Virus record (IMG/VR): IMGVR_UViG_3300027153_000004
DNA length: 20,000 bases
Reading direction: 5' to 3' (one strand)
From: an uncultured virus (IMG/VR IMGVR_UViG_3300027153_000004)
Taxonomy: Duplodnaviria > Heunggongvirae > Uroviricota > Caudoviricetes
Shown here: one piece after another, positions 1 to 7,231 of the stretch
Numbering within the stretch: the first letter of the stretch is position 1
Layout: every line of letters starts with the position of its first letter
Translations under genes and position numbers: made by a program
The notes under the pieces: generated by a model
What the model saw: the letters and a program-made list of their open reading frames with translations, nothing else
Told to the model about the DNA's origin: nothing
Database searches by the model: none

Positions 1-24
1 GAATGCTCGATTTGACGGCCACAT
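1..24 (-). CDS. 5' end of a gene running off the window (MWPSNRAF...), possibly the endolysin of a lysis cassette
   Basis: ATG at 24-22, 4 nt after the stop of the holin-like ORF; only 8 codons visible, function inferred from position alone. Confidence 0.3.
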
Positions 25-28
25 GGCC

Positions 29-172
29 TCAGCCCTTCACGCGAAAAATAGTCTTCAAGCCTTCAAGAAGAAGCTGAAGAACGTTATTGCTTTTCCAAGG
101 GGAACGATCAAGAATTTGGTCGGCGGCGGCAATAATGATGCCACCAATAACAAACCATTCTGCGCCGCTCAT
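29..172 (-). CDS. 47-aa holin-like membrane protein (MSGAEWFVIGGIIIAAADQILDRSPWKSNNVLQLLLEGLKTIFRVKG)
   Basis: Manual translation, below the ORF-track cutoff; hydrophobic N-terminus, amphipathic KSNNVLQLL helix, basic tail; co-oriented with neighbours. Confidence 0.55.
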   Translation of the reverse strand: MSGAEWFVIGGIIIAAADQILDRSPWKSNNVLQLLLEGLKTIFRVKG

Positions 173-202
173 GATGAACAATGCAAGGAAGATATAAATA
201 CG

Positions 203-421
203 CTAGCGCTTAATTTCTAAACTGCGCACTCTAGTTTCAATGTCGCTCATCTTATCTGTGAGCACGCTTAGCTTCTCGGTGATGCTTTCAATTTGCACTG
301 CCACTCTTGCTTGCTGAGTGCCCACTGCAATAAGCATGGCGCCTGTTGACAGCAACATGCCAGCCGTGATGGTGGCTACAAAATTTGCAAGGCCGTCCTT
401 GAAACTGTCCATAGCCATCAA
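203..421 (-). CDS. Small membrane protein with C-terminal coiled coil, likely lysis-cassette associated
   Basis: TM segment ([20 protein letters not shown]) followed by heptad pattern ending IETRVRSLE. Confidence 0.6.
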   Translation of the reverse strand: MMAMDSFKDGLANFVATITAGMLLSTGAMLIAVGTQQARVAVQIESITEKLSVLTDKMSDIETRVRSLEIKR

Positions 422-498
422 TCAATACGCCTATTCTATACAAAATTCACGAGGCATTATTTAGCGTTAAACTATGGTCAAGACAATTTAATAGTGCC

Positions 499-981
499 AT
501 GCCAAGAGCGAATGGTCCTGATGAGCTGCTTTATTCTCTCATTGAACTTCGCCCTGGAGATGCAAAACGTAGATTTCGTAAGAGTATTTTTGAAGATTAT
601 TTTCTGAGGGGACCATTTGGGCAGTGTGCCTGTGCATATTGCGGGGAATGGAAAGAAAAGCTTACGATTGACCACATTGTTCCCAAGAGCAAAGGAGGCC
701 CGCATTTCAGCCGTTGGAACATGCTTCCCGCATGCAAAAGCTGTAATCTTCGTAAAGGAAACCTTCCAATGCTGGAATGGTGGCGAGTGCAACCATTCTG
801 GACCGAGAAGCGAGAGGAGATTGTGATGGCATGGGTGTATTGCAATAGCTTTGTTAGCGCCCACACTGACCAGAAGGAGCTTGAAGCATGGTGCGAGAAG
901 AAAGGGATTGTGCTGCCGATGCACCAAACAATTGAGCATGAAAAAGCCCCCTTATGGGGGCTTTGTTGCAATGCTGCTTAG
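499..981 (+). CDS. HNH endonuclease
   Basis: CAYCG...[13 protein letters not shown]...[14 protein letters not shown]: two CxxC pairs plus DH/N/N HNH motif. Confidence 0.92.
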   Translation: MPRANGPDELLYSLIELRPGDAKRRFRKSIFEDYFLRGPFGQCACAYCGEWKEKLTIDHIVPKSKGGPHFSRWNMLPACKSCNLRKGNLPMLEWWRVQPFWTEKREEIVMAWVYCNSFVSAHTDQKELEAWCEKKGIVLPMHQTIEHEKAPLWGLCCNAA

Positions 982-1346
982 TTTTCAATGGGAGCAAAAG
1001 TGATTTGCTTTCCGGGAAGATCGTAGCGAATGCCAGGAACCGGCTGAACCGAGCCAGGCATTGGACAGAATCCTCCTTCGCATTGTTGGGAAGCATTCTC
1101 AAGAGCCTCAACTGCTTCTTGCTGTGGCTCGTTTTCCATATTAAAAATGAGAAGATCAAGATACCAACTGGCTTTCTTCAAATCTTCCAGGCCATTTTTT
1201 TCTTCATAGCGCCAAACGTATTTCATTACATTCCCTTTCAGGAATCCACGAAATTCGTCTTGGTCCATTGAAGCTTCAATAGCCTCAATACATTCAATGC
1301 CGCCATTCTTGGCATAATGACGGGGATGATTCACGGCGTCAGTCAT
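978..1346 (-). CDS. DUF3310 family protein (T7 gp1.7-like nucleotide kinase / SaV-like)
   Basis: DAVNHPRHY...IECIEAI...[30 protein letters not shown] signature. Confidence 0.88.
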   Translation of the reverse strand: MTDAVNHPRHYAKNGGIECIEAIEASMDQDEFRGFLKGNVMKYVWRYEEKNGLEDLKKASWYLDLLIFNMENEPQQEAVEALENASQQCEGGFCPMPGSVQPVPGIRYDLPGKQITFAPIEN

Positions 1347-2059
1347 TAGAAAGAAGATTGGTGAAGATCAAAAGCCTCAAAGGCTTCTTTGAACAATGGA
1401 CGGGCAAGGGAAGACAAGGCCTGAGCATAAGCCTGGATTTCTCCTTGGCTATCAGCCTTGTCCCGCAGAGAGATGAAATGCAAGAGAGCCTGAAGGCTGC
1501 AAGTCCAGGTGAAGGACGTATAGGTGGACATTGGCATGATGCCTCGTGCCTGCTCCTTGCTCACTCCTAGCGTCAGCAACGCCTTGTAAGCCTGCTTGGA
1601 CTGCTCAAGGGCCTTGGCATATTCAATCATGGCCACTTGGTTCATGCTTGGCTCCAGAGGGCCGCTAGAGGCCTGTTTGTTGCTGGGGCTTTGCTGGCGG
1701 AATTCACGAGGCATGTAATAGGCCTCTTCATCAGCTTCGCAGTAGCGAAAGCTTTTCTCGTTCCAACCAAGCGTGTCATTGGCAAACGTACCACCAATAA
1801 CATGCTTCCACCATTGCCGACAAACGAACAGCGGAGCCTTCACTTGCCATTTGGTGACAACGCCACGAAATGGACTGGTGTGTTGGTGCTTGACGAGATA
1901 ATTAAGAAGCTTCTGGTCCTTTTCGGACCATTCGCTGCTGGTCTGATCAAAGCTCTGCCGAGCGTCGCAAACAATATCAAGAGAGCTTCCCATCCAATCA
2001 ATGAGACGCACCATGCTGATGCCATCCATCAGCGGATCGATTTTTTCAGCAATAGCCAT
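1346..2059 (-). CDS. thyX: Flavin-dependent thymidylate synthase ThyX
   Basis: ARQSF, HQHTSPF, APLFVCRQWWKH, NEKSFRY, GVSKEQARGIMP, LLHFISLR, QGEI motifs. Confidence 0.93.
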   Translation of the reverse strand: MAIAEKIDPLMDGISMVRLIDWMGSSLDIVCDARQSFDQTSSEWSEKDQKLLNYLVKHQHTSPFRGVVTKWQVKAPLFVCRQWWKHVIGGTFANDTLGWNEKSFRYCEADEEAYYMPREFRQQSPSNKQASSGPLEPSMNQVAMIEYAKALEQSKQAYKALLTLGVSKEQARGIMPMSTYTSFTWTCSLQALLHFISLRDKADSQGEIQAYAQALSSLARPLFKEAFEAFDLHQSSF

Positions 2060-2363
2060 GGATTAAAGCGAGAGGCCTGAGCCGTTGCAGACTGATTGTA
2101 GGAGCAATGTTCGTAGCCGAATGCCACCGTACTCGTGCCTTACGAGATCTTCCGCTTTCATCAAAGCCTTCAATGGTGCCAACAACGGAAGAGGGCATCC
2201 ACCCTGCTGCCGTACGTTGTACGTACACCACATGCTGTCCTGGAAGCCATTCATGGTTGCGAGGAGTGCGAGGGAGTTTGTAAGGACGGTAGCCCGTCCC
2301 GCATTTTACGGCATCCTTCCCATCGTCCACCAGATAAACAAACTGCTTGCCAAATCGCTGCAT
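2046..2363 (-). CDS. Hypothetical phage protein (possible SH3-like beta barrel)
   Basis: 105-aa ORF in operon, overlapping the thyX start; beta-strand pattern WLPGQHVVYV...GTIEG...ARVRW. Confidence 0.6.
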   Translation of the reverse strand: MQRFGKQFVYLVDDGKDAVKCGTGYRPYKLPRTPRNHEWLPGQHVVYVQRTAAGWMPSSVVGTIEGFDESGRSRKARVRWHSATNIAPTISLQRLRPLALIHGYC

Positions 2364-2393
2364 GGCTAGGCTAAACGAAACAATGCAAGGACA

Positions 2394-2768
2394 ATGAGCA
2401 CTTTCTCTATTCCCGTTGGCCTAAAATACAATGGTCAAGATTGTATTGGCGTTATGGGGCCTTTTGAACGGAGCATGGAGCGGGACTTCGCTCTCGTTGC
2501 GAATAAGAAGGCACTGAGTGAATGCAATGACATTGACAAGCTGCGTGAAGTGGCTTGCACGATGATGGAAGGCTGGAGCAATATGCAAGAAGCCGTCACT
2601 GCATTGGTCAAGGAGAATCTTGAGCTGCGGCAAGCTATGCAGCTCCAAGAGCGTGATTTACAAGCTGCTGATGAGCTGCTTGGTGAAGCTGCTGATGCAG
2701 TTAAGCGCTTCGCAGAAAAGCAGCAATCCGCTCAAGCCAAAAAGTTTCCTTGGCCGTTTGGGTGGTAA
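2394..2768 (+). CDS. Helical protein with NblA-like core plus C-terminal coiled coil (tentative)
   Basis: SMERDFAL matches the NblA S-x-E-x-x-F-x-L pattern, followed by a second amphipathic helix; ORF is credible, family call uncertain. Confidence 0.45.
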   Translation: MSTFSIPVGLKYNGQDCIGVMGPFERSMERDFALVANKKALSECNDIDKLREVACTMMEGWSNMQEAVTALVKENLELRQAMQLQERDLQAADELLGEAADAVKRFAEKQQSAQAKKFPWPFGW

Positions 2769-3063
2769 GAAGGAAGATCTTCCAGCCACCCATCGTTGCC
2801 AAATTGAATTTGCGAGCATCACGCTCGTAGCCTGAGCCAGTTACGTGACGGCCACGATTGAACGTGCCGCCTTGTATTTCAATGAGAGAACGTGAGGGCA
2901 GATGAGCGAAGTCTGCCCTGTAACGCTTTGAACGCTTGCTTTTGGCATAGCGCTCTTGAAAATCAGCTTCCCACGTTTCTACGTCGCTGTATTCCCTAAT
3001 CAATGGAAGATCTGGGAAATGAGCCTGCCATAGCCCGAGGAATTGATCTTCAAGAGCGCTCAC
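2701..3063 (-). CDS. Vsr/DUF559-like PD-(D/E)XK endonuclease
   Basis: YRADFA...LIEIQGG...GRH..GSGYERDARKFN.A...GWKIF pattern. Confidence 0.8.
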   Translation of the reverse strand: MSALEDQFLGLWQAHFPDLPLIREYSDVETWEADFQERYAKSKRSKRYRADFAHLPSRSLIEIQGGTFNRGRHVTGSGYERDARKFNLATMGGWKIFLLTTQTAKETFWLERIAAFLRSA

Positions 3064-3066
3064 AAG

Positions 3067-3654
3067 CTATACGGCAGCAAACGTTACGTTAGCGCCTTGG
3101 TTTTGATACTTGCCATTTCCATAGTCACTTCGTGAGTCTTCATTGAGACGGACGAACATGACTTGCACGATGCCTTCGTTGGCATAGATGCGAACGGGAA
3201 AAGCCAGGGGATTAACAATACAAATAGTGAGATGGCCAGACCAGCCAGGCTCAATTGGCGTAACGTTAATGATCGTACCTTGTCGAGCATACGTTGATTT
3301 GCCGTCCGTCAGTCCCATAATGTTAGACGGCATTGTCAGGAGTTCCACACTCACGCCAAGAGCGCAGGAGAACGGCGGAAGGACAAAGAACGTGGAGCCA
3401 TTCTCTTCAATTGGTTCAGCCTCGTACACCAGCTCCTTATTAAAAGCCTTTACGTCTAGCACTTCATCCGTGATGTGGGAATCATTGATGACCATGAACC
3501 CCTTAGGGGATAAACGGAGGTCATACCCTGCATGACTTAAACCGTATGAGAGGGCTTTTGTGCCATTGGGCAGCTCTCTGGTTTTCTCTGCGACGAAAGG
3601 AAAAATAATATCATTTTCAGCAAGAACGCTGATTTCCTTGTCATTAAGAAGCAT
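3067..3654 (-). CDS. dcd: dCTP deaminase
   Basis: LSYGLSHAGYDLRL, GKSTYARQG, NVTPIEPGWSGHLT, IYANEGIVQ, GKYQNQ motifs. Confidence 0.93.
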   Translation of the reverse strand: MLLNDKEISVLAENDIIFPFVAEKTRELPNGTKALSYGLSHAGYDLRLSPKGFMVINDSHITDEVLDVKAFNKELVYEAEPIEENGSTFFVLPPFSCALGVSVELLTMPSNIMGLTDGKSTYARQGTIINVTPIEPGWSGHLTICIVNPLAFPVRIYANEGIVQVMFVRLNEDSRSDYGNGKYQNQGANVTFAAV

Positions 3655-3662
3655 GGTTCTGG

Positions 3663-3690
3663 AAAAAGAAAAGGGGCTCTTAAGAGCCCC
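3663..3690 (-). terminator. Intrinsic terminator after the SSB-like gene
   Basis: GGGGCTCT-TA-AGAGCCCC inverted repeat followed on the minus strand by TTTTCTTTTT. Confidence 0.75.
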
Positions 3691-3722
3691 GTTGTCAAGA
3701 AAAGAAAAGCTTCAAGAAGCGA

Positions 3723-4001
3723 TCAAAACGGATCGTCAGAGCCGCCAGAAAAGCTTTGCTTGGAGCCACTGCCGTTGTCCCACATCGAAGCATAAGCCTT
3801 GGGGCTCTCTGTCATTTCAGGCACTGTCACCAGACCCTTGAAATGAGGGGCAGTATCTTTATCGCGCTTGTCGTTGTTCCACAATGCAAAACGCAGCTTG
3901 TAGTTGCCATTTGCATTAGTCCCGGCCTTTTTCATGGCATTGAGAATGTCGGGAGTAAGATCAAGCGATCCAGAAAAAGAAGGAAGATTGCCAGCGGGCA
4001 T
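3723..4001 (-). CDS. Putative single-stranded DNA-binding protein
   Basis: Small beta-rich ORF with Gly/Ser linker and acidic-aromatic tail GGSDDPF; located in Sak/exonuclease module. Confidence 0.6.
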   Translation of the reverse strand: MPAGNLPSFSGSLDLTPDILNAMKKAGTNANGNYKLRFALWNNDKRDKDTAPHFKGLVTVPEMTESPKAYASMWDNGSGSKQSFSGGSDDPF

Positions 4002-4072
4002 TGAGTGTTCCTCTGCGGAGTGTAGTAGGCCCTGGAAGGGGCATCAGAAGCATAGCGCCATAAACAGGGGAG

Positions 4073-4837
4073 TCAAGCTCCACGGTCCATAGAAATTGTT
4101 AAGGGGCGCCCGCCTGGGTAGTGATCAAAGAAGAACTGCTGCACCTTCTGCACCATGATGCCTGCCTGCATAGCAAGCTCTGCTGCCGAAAGACTTACGA
4201 TTTGCGCTTCCTGGCCGTTACCAGTGTCGGGATCGTAAATAGCAATGGCGCAATGTGCTTCATTGACTTCGATGTCATACATCTGTTCAATGGCTTGCAC
4301 GTAGGCACCAAGCTGCATGCGGTAATCGGCCAGTTGAGTGTCAGGCTTTTCCTTGTAGCTCGTCTTCCAATCAAGCAAGGCATACGCCCCGCTGTTCATC
4401 TTGGCGAGCATATCGAACGTGCCTGAATAGCCAATTTCTTGCGCAGGATCGTACCAGGCAATGGCGCTTTCAACGAGCAGCGGACTATCCACTCGCTCAA
4501 GAAAGCCAACAATGCTTTCAAAGTAGGGGACGTAATTCTCGTGCGAATCGAGGTGGGTTTGAATGTCTTCACCATTCCAGAGGTCTTCTAGAACACCGTG
4601 AAGCCAATTGCCTCGATCCACAGCATTACGAGTGCGACGATTAGCTTCTTCATCGCCCACTTTCCTGCGCCAATTCATGAGCGCTGCAATCTTGCCAGGC
4701 GATGAACACGCGCTCGCAATAGTCGTCACAGAGGGCAAAACACACCCTGCGGGAACATTGGGAAAATCGTCGCAAACGTAATAGCGCTTCTTGTTCAGTT
4801 GGAGCCTGTTGGGTTCGTAGCGGGGAAACGCTGGCAT
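4073..4837 (-). CDS. PD-(D/E)XK exonuclease (RecB/Cas4-like phage nuclease)
   Basis: LPSVTTI, WRRKVG, RGNWLH, YSGTFD, LLDWKTS, QLGAY motifs; ATG at 4837 preferred over the upstream start at 4873. Confidence 0.88.
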   Translation of the reverse strand: MPAFPRYEPNRLQLNKKRYYVCDDFPNVPAGCVLPSVTTIASACSSPGKIAALMNWRRKVGDEEANRRTRNAVDRGNWLHGVLEDLWNGEDIQTHLDSHENYVPYFESIVGFLERVDSPLLVESAIAWYDPAQEIGYSGTFDMLAKMNSGAYALLDWKTSYKEKPDTQLADYRMQLGAYVQAIEQMYDIEVNEAHCAIAIYDPDTGNGQEAQIVSLSAAELAMQAGIMVQKVQQFFFDHYPGGRPLTISMDRGA

Positions 4838-4876
4838 TTGAAGGGCTGCAAGGCATAGATCGTAACAAGCCACTTG

Positions 4877-5197
4877 TCATTTTTCATTCATGTCCCAGAA
4901 GTAGTCGCAGCCCTCTTCATCGCATGGAGGCGCAGCGAAATAGCTCTGCCAGCGATCCGCAGGCGCCATGTAACGCCAGCAATTTTCTTTAACAGGGCAT
5001 TCACCCCCCGTGCACATCGCAATGTCAGGCATGAGAATAGTGCGAGCAGTTTGATAAAGGAATCGCTTATCAGCCAAAGGATGATTAGCAACGGCCTCAA
5101 GAACAGCAGCAATGCGACGATCACTGCTAAGCGTGTCTTCAGGAAAGCTCCAGAACGCTTCATGACAAGCATCAATTAGAGAGCGATGATTTTGCAC
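4877..5197 (-). CDS. Hypothetical protein with C-terminal Cys-rich domain
   Basis: MPDIAMCTGGECPVKENCWRY...QSYF...CDYFW. Confidence 0.65.
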   Translation of the reverse strand: MQNHRSLIDACHEAFWSFPEDTLSSDRRIAAVLEAVANHPLADKRFLYQTARTILMPDIAMCTGGECPVKENCWRYMAPADRWQSYFAAPPCDEEGCDYFWDMNEK

Positions 5198-5384
5198 GCT
5201 TTTCTTCCATCATTTCATGCTCTTCAACCATTGTTTCCATGGAGGCCATTATGCAGCTCTCAAAGAAGCCACAAGCCAAAATAAACTGCTTGAAATGTTC
5301 AATGATTTCAGGCATGTAAATGTTATGGAAAGAATAGGAGACTTTGGTTTCTCCTTCTTCGTAAAGAAAAGTGAAACGACTCAT
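5172..5384 (-). CDS. Hypothetical phage protein (MSRFTFLYEEG...FKQFILACGF)
   Basis: ATG at 5384 overlaps the TGA of the upstream ORF (ATGA coupling). Confidence 0.7.
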   Translation of the reverse strand: MSRFTFLYEEGETKVSYSFHNIYMPEIIEHFKQFILACGFFESCIMASMETMVEEHEMMEEKRAKSSLSN

Positions 5385-5521
5385 GGGAGAATCAGCGAAA
5401 GAATCGCCAAGATTGACAGAGCAAGGATCAGGCATGTAAAGGTAACGAGAAGGAACAGGCCAAGAGGATCATTCGCCAAATAGGGCGGGAGGAAGCTCAG
5501 TAATTGGTAGGGCATCATCAT
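5381..5521 (-). CDS. 46-aa membrane peptide (MMMPYQLLSFLPPYLANDPLGLFLLVTFTCLILALSILAILSLILP)
   Basis: Manual translation; long hydrophobic helix; fills the gap after a hairpin and is ATGA-coupled to the next gene. Confidence 0.6.
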   Translation of the reverse strand: MMMPYQLLSFLPPYLANDPLGLFLLVTFTCLILALSILAILSLILP

Positions 5522-5540
5522 CAATGCAAACTGCTCCAGC

Positions 5541-5562
5541 AAAGGCCCGCGCTAAGCGGGCC
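5541..5562 (-). terminator. Hairpin / weak terminator after sak
   Basis: GGCCCGC-N5-GCGGGCC inverted repeat with short T-tract on the minus strand. Confidence 0.5.
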
Positions 5563-5572
5563 GCTGCTAGAT

Positions 5573-6526
5573 CTACTGCTTTTTTGCGACGAAAGCTTTC
5601 ATGCCATCAATAATGGCAGCAGTATCTTCAAGGCCACGCACGGCATTGATTTCTTCAGTCATTTCAGCTTTGCTAATGGCAATTTGCTCTTGCTTTGCCC
5701 ATAGCGTCATCATTGCTGCGACGACGTTTCCGAAGGCTTGCCAGCTTTTGACTTCCGTGGCGCGAGCAAGTCCAATGCTTTCAAGAGCAGCTTTACCTGC
5801 AGCCATAGAAGCTTTCTCGTCGCCATAGTTCAACGGATTGGCTTTACACACTGCTGTAAGAGCTGCTTTTGCGTCGAAAGGCTCACTGGTCCCTGTATCG
5901 GCGGCGGCAGTAGGCCCTTCTTCTCCAACATCAGAAGTGCCACCAGTAGTGGCCGTCGCAGCCTTCTTGGCCGCACGAGCAGGCTTTGGGGCATCTTGCT
6001 GCAGCGCCGGTTTCGGCGCTTCTTCCTTCGGGATGTCCTCTCCGGCATAGAGACGAAGACCAAGGCCCGTGAACGTAGCGATGGCCTTGACGCTCGCACG
6101 TTGGATGTTGTCACTAATGGCACGGCCATCAAGCTGTTGAATAGAGTTGTGCTTCCTGTCCATCACGGGAAAGACAAGAGCAGGGGTGCGACGAATGCCG
6201 TCCGTGAGGTAGGGGCGAAGGATAAAAGCACCAGGCTCACCGAAGACGGGCCAGCCAAGAGTTTTCTCTTCAAAGGCCACAAAGAGCGTCGGGAAATGCT
6301 CCTTCAAATAGCGGAATGCAAATGGCCAGGACAAATAGGACAAGCCTTTGTAGTCCTTTTCAATGTGAGGGCCAATGTCTGGAGTGTCATACGCAGCTTT
6401 AAAAGCTTCGGCGCTGATTTCCAGCGGGGTGAAGATGCCGTTGTAACGGTCGAGCATTGCTGCTTTTGCGGAGTCTTCCATGCTGGAAAAGTCGGACGGA
6501 GAATAAGTGAAGATAGTGTGGTTCAT
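5573..6526 (-). CDS. sak: Sak-family (DUF1071, Rad52-like) single-strand annealing protein
   Basis: KGLSYLSWPFAF, FPVMDRKHNSI, IQRASVKAIATFTGLGLRLYAGEDIP; Ala/Pro linker then C-terminal helical domain. Confidence 0.85.
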   Translation of the reverse strand: MNHTIFTYSPSDFSSMEDSAKAAMLDRYNGIFTPLEISAEAFKAAYDTPDIGPHIEKDYKGLSYLSWPFAFRYLKEHFPTLFVAFEEKTLGWPVFGEPGAFILRPYLTDGIRRTPALVFPVMDRKHNSIQQLDGRAISDNIQRASVKAIATFTGLGLRLYAGEDIPKEEAPKPALQQDAPKPARAAKKAATATTGGTSDVGEEGPTAAADTGTSEPFDAKAALTAVCKANPLNYGDEKASMAAGKAALESIGLARATEVKSWQAFGNVVAAMMTLWAKQEQIAISKAEMTEEINAVRGLEDTAAIIDGMKAFVAKKQ

Positions 6527-6798
6527 TCAATTGAAGCCACTGCTTTGTAACCAAAACCACGAGGTTGATATTCGCCATACATGATGACAAACATCTTGTC
6601 TGGGTTTTCGTTCTTGGTGATAAGACTGTCACCAGGGAGAGGCCAGTCATTAATCACCCTCACATCAGTGGGCTCTTCAAGGTATTCAGGATCGTAGTTT
6701 TCAGAAATGACGCCTTCTTCCCATAGAATCTTCACTTCAGAATCGGGATGCTCAAGAAGAAACTCTTCGCAGGCAAGTTTAAGCTGAGAAACCTTCAT
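6523..6798 (-). CDS. Hypothetical acidic phage protein
   Basis: 91-aa ORF, ATGA-coupled to sak. Confidence 0.7.
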   Translation of the reverse strand: MKVSQLKLACEEFLLEHPDSEVKILWEEGVISENYDPEYLEEPTDVRVINDWPLPGDSLITKNENPDKMFVIMYGEYQPRGFGYKAVASIE

Positions 6799-7024
6799 AG
6801 TTTTCGATGGTGATGTCAGAAATGGAATAATCCTCGATCATGGAAAAAGCACCATCAGAAAGAGTGGCGCTACCTTCCCAGATGGGAGTGGAGCGAATGA
6901 GACGCTCCACTGTTTCACTCAGGCTTTGCCTTGCATCATGAGCGATGTTCTTCAGATGGGCGTAGGCAGTATCAGTGAGGGTGAAGTGGCGGCTCTTCTT
7001 TAGCTCGCCGTGATCAATGGTCAT
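6779..7024 (-). CDS. Ribbon-helix-helix (CopG-like) DNA-binding protein
   Basis: KKSRHFTLTDTAYAHLKNIAHDARQSLSETVERLIR fits the RHH beta-alpha-alpha pattern; ATG at 7024. Confidence 0.7.
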   Translation of the reverse strand: MTIDHGELKKSRHFTLTDTAYAHLKNIAHDARQSLSETVERLIRSTPIWEGSATLSDGAFSMIEDYSISDITIENYEGFSA

Positions 7025-7088
7025 AGAACAGAGGGCCGAGAAGGTAACCAATGCTGAAACCGATGATGGCGGCCAGCAAGAGTTCCAT
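7014..7088 (-). CDS. 24-aa hydrophobic peptide (MELLLAAIIGFSIGYLLGPLFYDH)
   Basis: Manual translation; AACC-ATG start context as in other genes; first ORF after the leftward promoter. Confidence 0.45.
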   Translation of the reverse strand: MELLLAAIIGFSIGYLLGPLFYDH

Positions 7089-7114
7089 GGTTTTGCCGTG
7101 CGAGGGACATGGCC

Positions 7115-7142
7115 AATATAGCCGTCATAGCCAGAGCGTCAA
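7115..7142 (-). promoter_or_regulatory. Sigma70-type leftward promoter
   Basis: TTGACG-N16-TATATT on the minus strand upstream of the recombination/nucleotide operon. Confidence 0.55.
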
Positions 7143-7181
7143 GGCTTGAAGCTAAAGCTGGCATGAAGAATTGCGAAAGCC

Positions 7182-7210
7182 TTGCAGCAGCAGGATTCTG
7201 GTGCTAGAAC
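7182..7210 (+). promoter_or_regulatory. Possible rightward promoter for the primase-helicase
   Basis: TTGCAG-N17-TAGAAC with TG extension; weak consensus match. Confidence 0.35.
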
Positions 7211-7231
7211 ACCCCCATCTCACCATCGCCC

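Noticed and set aside
23..220. 65-aa plus-strand ORF
   Set aside because: Antisense to a more convincing holin-like minus-strand ORF (29-172) that fits the operon direction.
4073..4837. Cas4 as evidence of a CRISPR system
   Set aside because: No Fe-S cysteine cluster pattern, and the context is a Sak/SSB recombination operon.
5738..6550. 270-aa plus-strand ORF
   Set aside because: Antisense shadow of sak.
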